Shown: positions 23,106 through 35,990, numbered from the stretch's first letter. The stretch is DNA of 64,000 bases from Octopus sinensis (GCF_006345805.1 NC_043005.1:65348001-65412000); one strand, 5' to 3'. Notes: generated from the letters alone by a model not told the origin. Numbers and translations: made by a program.

Positions 23106-23240
23106 AGGTCAGAGCTTTATTCATCACTGTAAGATATGATAAGACTATATAATTTATGTTCAGTTATTTCAATAGCACTGAACTTCACCACTCTACAGAA
23201 GCTGACTTTTGGATTGACAACAAATATTGTCACTATTCTT

Positions 23241-23766
23241 GGATCTTGACCTTTTGACCGGCAGATTTAGAAAATAAATTTTTGTAACTAAACACTCTCA
23301 AACTTCGTATACTGATAGAATGTGTCATATAAAACATCTTTTACTCTTAGCATTTTTGAGAAAAGTTTATGTTTATGAAGTTATTTCGTGTTGAAGTTCT
23401 CGTATTTCGGTAATTTTAACCAATCAATGACGTGTATTCAGCTGAATAAAATTACTGCCGTTGTTTGTCAACAACTATCGGCGGTGTATATTTCGTTTGT
23501 CACTGTTATTTATGACATTGTTCGTGCGTGCGTTTGTACTGGTTTTAGTTTTAAGGTTTTATGGTAAGGGTTAGGGTCATTGATTGGTTGAAATTACCGA
23601 AATACGAGAACTTTAACACGAAATAACTTCGTAAACATAAACTTTTCTCAAAAACGCTAAGAGTAAAAGATGTTTTATATGACGCATTCTATTAGTATAC
23701 GAAGTCTGAAAGTTTTAAGTTACAAAAAATTATTTTCTAAATCTGCCGGTCAAAAGGTAAAGATCC
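23241..23766. mobile_element. MITE with ~190-bp terminal inverted repeats
   Basis: TIRs 23241-23431 and 23576-23766 (GGATCTT.ACCTTTTGACCGGCAG...). Flanks ctattctt and ccattctt form a near 8-bp TSD. Confidence 0.85.
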
Positions 23767-24159
23767 CCATTCTTATACATTGCTTTCTCATTTTAAGACA
23801 GTGTAACAATAATTACGAGGGGAAATGTTATTATCCATAGCAACAATTAACTGCATGAGCAACTATATACGACAAAGCAAGTAAATTCATAATTAAGAGC
23901 TTCGCTAATTGTAATTAAACATAACTGTAATTAAACCAAAGGTTTATTTATATATATATATATATTTAATTTTCTGAACTCTGGTTTTTAATTTTTTTTA
24001 TTTATCCCTTAATTTTTAACTCCTTAACTTAAATACTTGCGCAATTTTGTCATTGGTATGTTTGCACCAACCCCCGATATCGATCTTACAACTTTTCTAC
24101 TCCTCAGTACATCTCTTCCTTTCTATTTTTCATTTCTTACTTATTATACTCTAGCTAAG

Positions 24160-24352
24160 GCACGTCGGGCAAAATGCTAAGCGGTAATTCGCCCATCGCT
24201 ACGTTCTGAGTTCAAATTCCACCGAGGTCGACTTTGCCTTTCGTCCTTTCGGGGACGATGAATCAAGTACTAGTTGAGCATTGAGGTCGATATGATCGAC
24301 TGTCCCCCTCCCCACAAAATCCAGGCCTTGTGCCCTTAGTAGAAAGGATTAT
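24160..24352 (+). mobile_element. SINE family B
   Basis: cgggcaaaatgctaagcggt...cgaggtcgactttgccttt...ggccttgtgcccttagtagaaaggattat. Confidence 0.8.
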
Positions 24353-24534
24353 CTGTTTGAGAGAATCGTGGGCTGCCGCAGTCCACGGCCAGCTTTACAC
24401 TTATTTTTCTGCCGAAGCATGTTTTCGGCCTAGTGCTTGCATATTCTTCCTTGGGTCATTTTGTGTACGTCGGAGGCTAGTCTACGATTTAATTCTCCGA
24501 AGGTCTCTCGAAGATTTTTACTTCCACACAGCTG

Positions 24535-24870
24535 AGACCCCCTTCGGTGATGACTGACCATGGGATTGCACCTAGAACGCTACCCTCCCAGGCACAAGTC
24601 CGGGCAAGGTTATTTATGGAAGACCAGCAGTTGCCCATGCATACCGGCCTCCCCTCTCCACGCCACCAGTGTTATCCAAGGGAAAGGCAACAGCCGGTAC
24701 AGCTTGCACCAGTGACGTGGCAACTCATTTCTACAGCTGAGTAAACTGGAGCAACGTGAAATAAAGTGTCTTGCTCAAGAACACAACACGCAGCTCGGTC
24801 CGGGATTCGAACTCACAACCTCACGATCGTAAGCTCCGTGCTCTAACCACTGAGCCATGCGCCTTCACAC
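24535..24870 (-). mobile_element. tRNA-derived SINE family C variant
   Basis: Reverse complement starts gaaggcgcatggctcagtggttagagca...gtgagttcgaatccc (A and B boxes); body shared with 47170-47475. Confidence 0.8.
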
Positions 24871-25211
24871 TTCCACACAATGCTAGCAGTACTCTGTACT
24901 TTATTTCATTTTTACCTTACTTTATCCTGAATTCTGCTATTCCTTATAGGTTATGCTTTTTATCCTCTCATGCGCAAGTTAAAATCTCCACTTCATTCCC
25001 CAAATCCTACCGCATCTATAACCTCTCCAATTCAGGAATTTCTTGTACCTATCCCTGTAATTAACTAGTTGTGTATTGAGCATTTACACTCTACTTCTCA
25101 TCCCTTAATCCTTATTCCTACTGTTCTCTTTACAGTGATTTCTAATATCTTTATAACTAGCCATGTATTAAGTATTTACTCTTCACTTTTGATACTTTAC
25201 TCCTAATTCCT

Positions 25212-25268
<57 letters not shown>

Positions 25269-25711
25269 GGTTCTGTATCAGTGTTACTACCCCTATTTTA
25301 GCTTTAATTTTAATTTTAATTTCCTTATGTTGTTATCAGCTCTATGTTTGCTCAACACTAACACATTAAATAGTTTCATATCACAATTTAGCTTCTTCAG
25401 TAATTTTAGCTTTTTGCATAAGTCCTTCAGGCCCACCAACCTTCTCAATTATTTTTCTTTTACTCCTTGAAATGTCGGATTCTAAGGTCACCAGGAATAA
25501 TTCTGGTCAGCTTCATTACCAACATTCCTACTTTACTCAAGTGGTTTATTGCCTAAGTCCGTCGTGCTTGCACTACCAAACACAACACTTTCTTTCTTTA
25601 GGTTATCATTTAAGTTGTTCGTGTTTTTACTTCCTCTTCTGTAATGGCTATCACTAGTACTGTTATTATCATCTTTTATATTGTTGTCATTATTATTATT
25701 ATTATTATTAT

Positions 25712-26790
25712 GGGTTTTTCTTCTTTCAAATTTGCTTCCATTTCTTGCCGAGTGTCTTCCCGAATCCTAAGGCAAAGAGACTCATAGTATACATTGGCAG
25801 GCCATTAAACTAAACTCACTAGTTCGTTCTTTTTTTTTATAGAAATAAAGTTAAATCAAAATACATGGTTAGTAATAGTTCTCACATCGACAATACTCTT
25901 CTCAATACGTGTGATGTACCAGTTAAAACAATCTTTTGCACTTCTTGCAGGGATGGTAAGCCAGGGATCATTCTCACATAATTTTCGGTTCCCTTCTTGA
26001 TCATTCCTAGTGCTCCTACGATCGCTGGTATTGTAACCGCCTTGAGATGCCACATTTTCTCGATTTCAATGAGCAGGTCTTTATATTTTCTGAGCTTATC
26101 AAATTCTTTCGCTGAGATATTATGATCACAGGGGATGCTCATGTCGATCAATAAGCAAACTTTATTGTTTTGGTCTTTCACAACAATATCCGGTTTATTG
26201 GCTTTGACGGTTCGGTTTGTATGTACTGGAAAGTCTCACAGAATCGTTACATTTTCTCTTTCAGTTACAGCTTCAGGGTGGTGATTATACCACTTGTCGG
26301 CAGTTTTGATATTGTAATGCCGACTTATTAGCCAGTGTAGATATTGGCCAAATCTGTCATATCTTAATTTATACTCCACTGGTGCTAAGACTTTACATCC
26401 AGAGATTAGGTGGTCCACTGTTTCAATCATGTCGTTGCAGAATCGGCATTTTAGGTCTGCTCCATTTTTCATCACATTGGCCTGGTAGTTCCGGGTTAAT
26501 AGGCTTTGATCTTGAGCAGCCAGGATGAAACCTTCGCTCTCTGCTTTTAGCCCTGAGCCGTAGCCACTGATGGGTTTGCTTCTGGTCAACATCAGTTTGT
26601 TTGCTACGGGCCACATATTTGCCGTGCAGAGGTTTCTCCTCCCACCTATCAGCCAATTTCTCGTGCGCTTTTTTTGTTGCCATTATTTTCACCTTCTTTG
26701 CAACAATAGTTGCCGTACTTCCCTCGGGTTGTTCAGTTTGGGTATCCTGCACGAGATCAATAGCAAATTTTGCTTTCCTTATATTATTAT
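25712..26790 (-). mobile_element. R4/Dong-clade LINE, second subfamily, 3' portion (CCHC + RLE)
   Basis: ORFs read CRFCNDMIETVDHLISGC and CLLIDMSIPCDHNISAKEFDKLRKYKDL; (TTA)n at both ends. Confidence 0.85.
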
Positions 26791-26820
26791 TTTTGCTTTC
26801 CTTTATTATTATTTTGCTCC

Positions 26821-26880
<60 letters not shown>

Positions 26881-26886
<6 letters not shown>

Positions 26887-28170
26887 TAGTTTTATTTTTA
26901 TAGCGTGCTTTCACTTCACTACCGAGCGCAGCTCTGTGTGCCTTGGGTATGTGCTGTGATTTGTTGTGATGCTCTGATGGTTATTGTATGGAAAGTGCTC
27001 TGCGTAGGATGTGTGCAGTGCCTAGTAGTGCAATTTTCTGTATGATATATGTGTGTAAGTCCTGGTGTTTTTGTTATGTATTTGTCTGAAATTTTTTTAT
27101 CATGCTAATGCACCTACTATGATAGGAATTGTTTCTGTTTTCAGATTCCACATTCTAGTTACCTCTATTTCCAGGTCTGTATTTTGAGAGTTTCTCCATT
27201 CTTTTAGAGGCACGTTGTCATCTGCCGGTATTGATACATCAATTAGAAAGCATTTTTTTTCTTCATGATCTCTGACAACTATATCTGGTCTGTCGGCCTT
27301 AATTTCTCTATCTGTGTGTATCGGCATATCCCAGAGTATTGTTGCTTTCTCGTTTCTGTAACCTTTTCTGGTGTGTGCCTATACCATCTTTTTTCTGTTG
27401 TTATTCCATAATGTTGGCATAGCTTCAGTGTATGTAGGTTCAACTCTGTCATGTCTGTGAATATATTCCTTCTTAGCCAGGACTGGGCAGCTAGAGATAA
27501 TATGATTATTGTTTCTTGTCCATCTCCACATATTCTGCAGTTACTGTAATATTTCTTTTCATTACATGTTTTTGGTAATTTCTGGTGGGGAGGCTTTGGT
27601 CTTGTGCTGCAATTAAAATCCCTCTGTTTCTGCTTGAGTCCTGAGCTTCTCAACCATTGCTGGGATCTTTCTTTGTCTATTTCTTTTGCGTTTAGTTTAG
27701 TGCAGTATTTACCATGAAGGGGCTTTCTTGCCATCGTTTTATCATGGTTCGTTGCTGTTCTATTTTTAGTTTGGATTTCATTTGTTTTATAGCTTTTGTG
27801 TTTCTTCTTCATCATCTTCTTCTTCTTCTTCTTCTTCGTGTTTATTAGGTGGTATGATTTCTTGTTTGTATTGTCAGCTTCCTTAAATACTGAGAACAGT
27901 TTTTTGTTTTGCTCGTGTTTTGCTGCTATCTGGATCAGTTTTCCTTCCTTCTGAAGAAGTAGGTATTTTTGCAGTCCTATGGTGGTTATTTTATAGTAGT
28001 TTTCCAGCTGTATAAGGCCTCTACCACTTCTATACGTTGTATATATAGTCTTTCTATGTCAGATTTTGGGTGATGCATCCTAGATCCTGTCAGTATTTTC
28101 TTGTTTTCCTATCTATTTTGGACAGTTCATTTCGTGTCCAGTTAAGGATATTGTAGTTGTAACTTATAAC
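26881..28170 (-). mobile_element. R4/Dong-clade LINE 3' ~1.3 kb, same subfamily as 38183-41210
   Basis: CRICGDGQETI, RPDIVVRD, and a 3'UTR near-identical to the 38183-41210 copy ending actactgaa(TAA)n; (TTA)n on both sides. Confidence 0.88.
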
Positions 28171-28190
28171 TTATAATGATATTATTATTA

Positions 28191-28235
<45 letters not shown>

Positions 28236-28268
28236 TATTATTATTATATTATTATTATTATTATTATT

Positions 28269-28435
28269 GAGTGAGAGAGCAGTTCATGCCATCAAAATGA
28301 CACTGGGGTAAAATATACGAAGCCCAGGATACCCATCATGACTACCCGTCTGATAAGAGCACACCAGGCACGTGAATCACAAACATGTGCGCGACATGGT
28401 GATCTCATATCAAGATAAACAGCGCATGGCCTTTT
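28269..28435 (+). mobile_element. Dispersed repeat family D, 5' part
   Basis: gtgagagagcag..catgccatcaaa.tgacactggggtaaaatatacgaagccc matches the start of 29189-29740. Confidence 0.65.
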
Positions 28436-28552
28436 ATCATCATCATCATCAGCATCATCATCATCATCTTTATTACTATTAGTAGTAATAGTAGTGGTAT
28501 CGTTATTATTTCTTGTTATTTTCTTCTAATCATCTCATCATTGTTATTAATG

Positions 28553-29186
28553 AAAAGGCGGCAAGCTGGAAGAATCGTTAGCACGCCGGGCTAAATGCTT
28601 TGCGGTATTTTGTCTGTCGTTACGTTGTGATTTCAAATTCCGCCGAGGTTGACTTTGCCTTTCATCGTTTCCGGGTCAATAAATTAAGTACGAGTGAAAC
28701 ACTGGAGTCGATAAATTCGACCAGTCCCCTCCTCCCAAATTTCAGGCCTTGTGCCTATAGTAGAAAGGATTATTATTGTTATTGAAAAGGCGGTGAGCTG
28801 GCAAAATCGTTAGCACACCGGGCAAAATGCTTAGCGGTATTTCGTCTGCCGTTACGTTGTGAGTTTAAATTCCGCCGAGGTCGACTTTGCCTTTCATCCT
28901 TTCGGGGTCGATAAATTAAGTACCAGTTACGCATTGGAGTCGATGCAATCGACTTAATCCGTGTGTCTGTCCTTGTTTGTCCACTCTATGTTTAGCTCTT
29001 TGTGGGTAGTAAAGAAATAGGTGCTTCGTCCGCCGCTGCGTTCTGAGTTCAAATTCCGCCGAGGTTGATTTTGCATTTCATCCTTTCGGGGTTGATAAAT
29101 TAAGTACGAGTGGGACTGATGTAATCGACTAGTTCTCTCCCACAAAATTTCAGATCTTGTACGTTTAGTAGAAAAGATTATTATTA
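28553..29186 (+). mobile_element. Three tandem SINE family B copies (28553-28775, 28784-29020, 29022-29186)
   Basis: Repeated gttctgagtt.aaattccgccgagg..gactttgcctttcatc body; two copies end in gattattatt. Confidence 0.85.
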
Positions 29187-29188
29187 CT

Positions 29189-29738
29189 AGTGAGACAGCA
29201 GTGCATGCTATCAAAGTGACACTGGGGTGAAATATACGAAACCCAGTATACCCATCATAACTACCCGTCTGATAAGGGTACACTAGGCACAGCCATATGT
29301 GCGCAACATAGTGATCTCATATCAAGATAAACAATGCATGACCTTGCAGGTGGGGCCCAGTTAGAATTTTCTTCAGGCTGAGTAGCCCATCCCGCTCAAA
29401 AGGTCCCTGAATAAGGGTTGTTTAAGGATGTTGAATGAAACACCCATGTTTCGAGAGATGAATTATCTAAACTCTAAAGAATTCTTCTCAACACATGGTT
29501 ATGATGCTCCCCCACTACTTCTGCTCGTGATCAGAGATACACATATCGTCACACACATAGAGACATGCTCAACTGGTCAAAGTCAAGCAACTGAAAAGCA
29601 AATCTGTGGTATTGAGCAGAATATTTGCTGTAGTCCATCTTTTATACCAAGACAAGACAATGTACATGATAACACTTCCAATCAGTTAAGTTCAGAAACC
29701 ATGAAAGCCACTGCGTGGTACAGCATCAGAGCATTATT

Positions 29739-29740
<2 letters not shown>
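29189..29740 (+). mobile_element. Dispersed repeat family D, ~550 bp, ending in (TTA)/(CAT)n
   Basis: Non-coding, microsatellite-flanked, shares its 5' ~160 bp with 28269-28435. Confidence 0.65.
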
Positions 29741-29797
<57 letters not shown>

Positions 29798-29808
29798 TAT
29801 CATTTTTA

Positions 29809-29877
<69 letters not shown>

Positions 29878-30995
29878 CAATTCCATTCCCCCAAAGTTTC
29901 AGGCCTTATCATCATTATTATTCTTGTTATTGTTGTTATTATACTATCCATATAAAATGTGTAACTAAACGAAGTCTACGGAATTCGATATTCAATATCG
30001 ATTCCTGTATTTCCCAACTTATCGCTTGCTCTGACCATCCCAAATATCAAGATCTGACAGAAACACCTGTTAGAATTACTCTTAGATATCATTTTCCCCA
30101 AATATCGATTGAAAAGAAGAAAATGAAATTTATAAACAATGTTACCTAATAATATAAACCTGGGAGATGGTATGTGCGATTTCAGCATTTGCCTTCTTTT
30201 GGCACGAAAAGGAATGAAGATAGCTATCTTTGTTCAATACTCTTTCGTGTATAAACAACATTTTCTCTTCTATAAACACGAATTTTCTACAACATGCCTG
30301 CAGCTTTGTATTTCACGAGCAATTCCAAAGCAGTCAGCTCACGTTTTGTTTAATTACCATTATTGAAGCTCTTAGTTATGAATTTACTTGCTTTGTCGTA
30401 TATTGTTAGTTACGCTGTTACTTGTTGTTATTGGTATAACGTTTTCCCTTGTAATTGTTGTTGTTACACTGTCTTAAACTGTGAAAGCAATACATAAGAA
30501 TAGTGACAATGTTTGTTGTTGTTGTTTTTATTTAACAGTCGTAATTCAAAAGACAGCTTTTGTAGAATGGTTAAGTTCAGTGCTACTGAAATAACTGAAC
30601 ATAAATTATATAGTCGATTATTTTTTACAGTGATGACTAACACTCTGACCTGGTACTTTTTTACAGGCAAGTAGACTGTGACATTGAATGCATATTCCAT
30701 CACAGTGTCAGTTGCCAGTTATGGTATAACTGTCTTTTTCGATCCTTCTATTAAGCAACTTAAGCCTGTTATGTGAACTTCCATTTTTATTAAAGAAAGG
30801 ATCTCTCATACCGTACTGAGTCGAGTAATGGGTACCAAACCACTTTTTGTCTCTTTCAGTATATCTAACTTTGAATCTTCAGTCCCTAATCGCTTCGAAT
30901 GCATCTATCAATCTATCTATTTTTCTTTCTTCTGTCTCTTTCTTTCTCTCTCTCTCTTTCCCTTTTTGTGTAGTAGCTATATATACTATATATAT

Positions 30996-31053
<58 letters not shown>

Positions 31054-31463
31054 TATAAATATACATATATATTAACATATATATATGTATATAAATATTA
31101 TGTATACATACATACTTACATGAACATGCATACATATATATATATGTATGAATATATGCATTTTTGTTTGTTTGATTTTTGTCTTTGTTGCCTTACACAT
31201 TCGCTAGCTTTCTTACAAAGGGGTCTAATGCTCTTAGCTTAGACTTTTTGGGGGCAACCAGATCGAACCATTTCAAGTGTAAGTACCCGAAATCGTCGTG
31301 ATTTCTGGGACTTGACTGATGAAAGAAAGCCAAGAATGACCCGTCTTTTTTCGCCTGTCCTTTTATTTGTTGTCTCTCTTGTCCGCTTTTGTATCGTCTA
31401 TTTGTCCGAATGCTTTAATGCCCTCTTTGCGTTTTTGTTCTATATATATGTATATATGTATAT

Positions 31464-31518
<55 letters not shown>

Positions 31519-31527
31519 ATATATATT

Positions 31528-31860
31528 AAAAGGAAATGAAGAAAATGCTGACAAAATAATTTAAGTAAGGGAGAGTGTATTTATTAGGTGAAAGTTCTTT
31601 TTACCGGTTGCGCATTTTTATGCTTATCAAAAGATATTTTTTTAAGAGAGATAGAGTTCCTTTCTGATAGATTTTTTCTCTTATCTCTTATCTTATCTCA
31701 GATAAGAGAAAAAATCTATCAGAAAGGAACTCTATCTCTCTTAAAAATATATCTTTTGATAAGCATAACAAATGCGCAACCGGTAAAAAGAACTTTCACC
31801 TAATTAAATACACTCTCCCTTACTTAAATTATTTTGTCAGAATTTTCTTCATTTCCTTTT
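31528..31860. repeat. Near-perfect 333-bp palindrome (~160-bp arms, ~13-nt loop)
   Basis: aaggaaatgaagaaaat...gattttttctcttatct, loop cttatcttatctc, then agataagagaaaaaatc...attttcttcatttcctt; few mismatches. Confidence 0.92.
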
Positions 31861-32777
31861 TTTATATATCACAACTCGTGTTCCACATCTCCTTTTTTAA
31901 ATATATATATATAGCGGCATACGTATCTTTTATTCCCCCTCTCATTTCTCTTCCTTTTTCTCGCTCCCCCTCTCTCACATTTCTTGACCCTCTCTTTCTT
32001 TAACTCCTACTATTTCCCACTCATTTATCTTCCCTGTACCTTTCTCTTTGTCTCTGATTTTTTTCCTATCCTTTAATCCCGCTGTGCCCTACCCATGTCT
32101 CCTCCTTCCACATGACCGATGTCTGGCCAGCCATGATCTTTCTTTCTTGGCCTGACTGCCGACCGCCAACACCTCTTATGTCCATCTCCCATGTTCCTGA
32201 CTTTAGGCATTCACTTCATACACGCCAGCTCAATTTCATTCGTTCTCAGTTGAAAACCACCTGTTGTTATTTCTTGTTGCTTGTATTCGTAATTGTGTAC
32301 CATGTTCTCCGTTTTTTTTTGTCTTTGTTCCTGTACACATTCGCTAGCTTTCTCACAAAGGGGTCTAATTCTCTTAGTTTAGACTTTTTGTGTGGCAACC
32401 AGATCGAACCATCTCAAGTGTAACTACCCGAAATCTTCTTACATAGCTATTTGAAACGCTATAAGCCTTATGCTATAGCTATGGTTGCTGCTATTTTTAG
32501 CACGCTAAACGTAGTTGGGTTACCTTGAAGCATGTTTAAATTACAGATATATTGCAACGATGATAAATTATTGAAAGAAATATTTACTAAGCAAGTGAGA
32601 TCTTTTATAAATTGAAATTTTCAGAAAAATATACTTTCTGAACCTCGTTTTATTATTGAATATTTCAAGTTCACAAATTTCAGCATTCGGTACAAAATAG
32701 TTTTTAACGAGCTTTTATTTATACGATTTTTCATTTCATGTTTATTTCAATCATTGATTACAATGTTCTCTTTGCCG

Positions 32778-32840
<63 letters not shown>

Positions 32841-32842
32841 GG

Positions 32843-32879
<37 letters not shown>

Positions 32880-32880
<1 letters not shown>

Positions 32881-33654
32881 ATTTAGCAGCAAAGGCACGA
32901 CGGCAGCGAGAAAGACGGGCAACTGAATCAGATAAAAGCAGGGCAAAGCTACTGAAACAAATGTCTGACTATGCATCTAGACGTAGAAAGGATTCTGTTT
33001 CCGTTACACACGATCGAGTGGTTAAGGTGTCTCGACAGGTGAATATTCTACTTCAAAATATGACACTGAGTCAGGTTTCACTGTCTTTGACTGTTCCGTT
33101 GCCTATTGATAATCAGTATCAAAGGGGATGTCTTCCAAAGTTCAGCGAGATATTAACAGAAACACCAGTGCCAAGAATTAAGGTGCTGAGAGACGAAACT
33201 GGATATTTACAGCAGGAGTACAGACGAAAAAATTTTCAAGCTGGAAGAATTCTGTTCAAGTATTAGCAAGGAAAGCCAGTTTCGATAATTTTCAAGAACA
33301 GGCTGCCCTGTCTATTGTATAGCCACATAATGCAGGGAGTGTCTTTGACAATCTTTGTTCATACTGCAAAGCTGACAGATGGGCTGCTTGACTGAAATCT
33401 CTATGTTGCTTTGAAGAGCAGGTAAAACTTGACAAACTGCCCCCCCCCCCTCCACTGTAGGACTACGTTGATGTTTGTTTAAAAAAGAGATTATAACAGT
33501 GATGAAATAAAGAAAGCAATATTTACTAAGCAAGTGAGCACTATTATACAAAGAAATAATTAGACGTCAGATTTAAAAATTATTACAATTACGAATCAAA
33601 TGGGAAAATATTATCAAGTGACTTGCAGAAAACTGCCCGGAGGGCGATCCCTAG
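32880..33654 (+). mobile_element. Helitron remnant (RepHel N-terminus plus 3' terminus)
   Basis: NLCSYCKADRWAA*LKSLCCFEEQVKLDKLPPP resembles the Helitron C..C.A.KW.....CC..G.V.L zinc motif. GCCC-gga-GGGC hairpin (33635-33645) is followed by CTAG then T (33651-33655). Confidence 0.65.
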
Positions 33655-34464
33655 TAAATATATATATAATGTTGGTAGAGTAAATCCCAGCTGTTTCCTC
33701 CTGAATGCCATCCGCTTATATCATTATTACAATCCAATATATATTTGACATCAGCATAACAACGACACCAATTTGCTGTCGTTGTTATGTTGATATCAGG
33801 TACATATTACAGTTGAAAATTTTGCAAATATTGTATGCAAAGTTATTGAATAAACAAAACAGGAAATTGGAACATTGTTGGGATAAATATTTTTATATTA
33901 GATAAACATGTAAAAGAGATTTCGTATTAGAAATTCTTGAAACACCGACTCGAATCATGCAAAATTTAAACGTTGGTGAAACGTTTCTATGTATTTAGTA
34001 ATTAGGAGTAGTATAATTCGTTGGAGAAAAGAAAAGAGAACAAATCAAAAATAAAGAAAAAGGAAGAGAGAGTTGTACACACATACACACACAACCATAC
34101 ACACATCCCCATTTGCATATGTATATATATGTGTGTGTGTGGTGTGTGTGTGTATACGCATACATAAATGCACACATACATAAACATATTATATATACAT
34201 ACACACACATATACATACATACAAACGTATATTCAGAGAGAGATAGCTTTACGATTGTATTCATGTATACTCATGTACCCATAGATATACACTCGCTTAG
34301 TCTTAAACATTTATATATAGACACACTTAACCACACAGACTCGGACATATTGTCATACAATATAATGGGCATGTGTAAAAAAATTCATACGCATGTTCAG
34401 ATTCAAATGGATCTATTGATCTGGACCTTTACAAACATACGTTCAGACATACAACACCCCACCC

Positions 34465-34507
<43 letters not shown>

Positions 34508-34525
34508 CATATATATATATATTAT

Positions 34526-34537
34526 AAGAAGAAAGAA

Positions 34538-34572
<35 letters not shown>

Positions 34573-34605
34573 AGAAGAAGAAGAAGAAGAAGAAGAAGAA
34601 GAAGA
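34526..34605. repeat. (GAA)n microsatellite
   Basis: Direct reading. Confidence 0.95.
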
Positions 34606-35041
34606 ATTTGAGGGAATATTATTCCAAACCCATTACGTTATTTCTGAAAACTTTATCCAAAAATCCTGAAAACGTAGCCTGTTGTGTCTGTACATATAGT
34701 TGCTCATCTGCTACTCATTGAAAAGTGAAAGAAATTAGAATCTGATGATACTTAATGCACTTTATATACTTTATACACAATTTTATTGACTTAATACACA
34801 GCACCCATAAAATAAATATTCACTCCTATTTTTCCATTTCTTTCATAAAGAAAAAATATCCCGTACATATGATAGAATCTTAAGTGAAATTTGAAATTTG
34901 AAATCTGCAAGGTAAATAAGCGTGAATATTTCACGGAATTGCACTTATGCTCATATAAAAAAAATAGTTCGATTTTTTTAAAATACAATTTTCAGTATCC
35001 AGTCACCACCGCCGCCACCTCCACCACCATCATCATCATCA

Positions 35042-35121
<80 letters not shown>

Positions 35122-35421
35122 GTCCCTCTGCCGTTCTTTAACCTCACCATCAGAACATCTGCTAAAATTATTACGTTCCCTTTACTTAACATCATGGACG
35201 CGTTTCTCTCCCTCGCTTTATCTCTTCGTTTTTTTCTCTCTCACTTTTCTTCCTCCTCTCTTTTCTTTTAACAAATCGCGTGAAAGCGTTACAATTACAT
35301 TTCCTCTACTTCGTGTCATGGATGCTCCTTTCTCCCTATTTTCTCTCGCCCTCTTTTCTTTCTCCCGCTTTTTCTCTAATCACATGGAAGCGTTACCGAC
35401 GGTCTAAGCAACGCAATGACA

Positions 35422-35481
<60 letters not shown>

Positions 35482-35630
35482 TTATTTATTTATTTATTTT
35501 ATAGAAGGAGCTCCTTCTATAAAATAAATTAATTTACTCTGCTATGTATTGAGTACCTTATTTACTGTGGTTAACCCCGACTCAACCCGGGACCTACATA
35601 TATATATATATATTATATATATATATATTA

Positions 35631-35674
<44 letters not shown>

Positions 35675-35722
35675 AAAAAAAGTCAAGATAGAAAATGCTA
35701 AAATAATTTTATAAAAACATTT

Positions 35723-35759
35723 CAGTACCGGTTTCAGTCATTGAGACTTTTTCAACTTT
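35723..35759 (-). ncRNA. Minimal hammerhead-like motif with U3-A8 core variant
   Basis: Minus strand: aag-TTGAAAA-AGTC-tcaat-GACT-GAAA-CCGG-TA-ctg. Palindromic helix III ACCGGT; helix I only ~2 bp. Confidence 0.5.
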
Positions 35760-35935
35760 AAGTATGGAAAACAATTAAATTTTAAAAATTAAAAAAGCTT
35801 TTTTTAAAGAATATTTATTTAGTGTTCAAATACAAGTGGCATTTTCCTTGTTTCTGTCTGTCTCTGTCTCTCTGGTTTACACTGGTGGGTTCGAGGTCGA
35901 ATCCACACACACACACACACACACCATACACACAT

Positions 35936-35990
<55 letters not shown>

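Noticed and set aside
24900-25660. Possible L1-like ORF2 remnant on the minus strand
   Set aside because: Stops in all frames and no clear conserved motif.
29960-30400. Open stretch with PVRITLRYH, resembling a GAIN/GPS region of an adhesion GPCR
   Set aside because: No GPS Cys/Trp motif and no clear splice sites; likely chance.
31283-31330. GAAA preceding CTGATGA as a possible type II hammerhead
   Set aside because: No closing helix II and only a 2-bp helix I.
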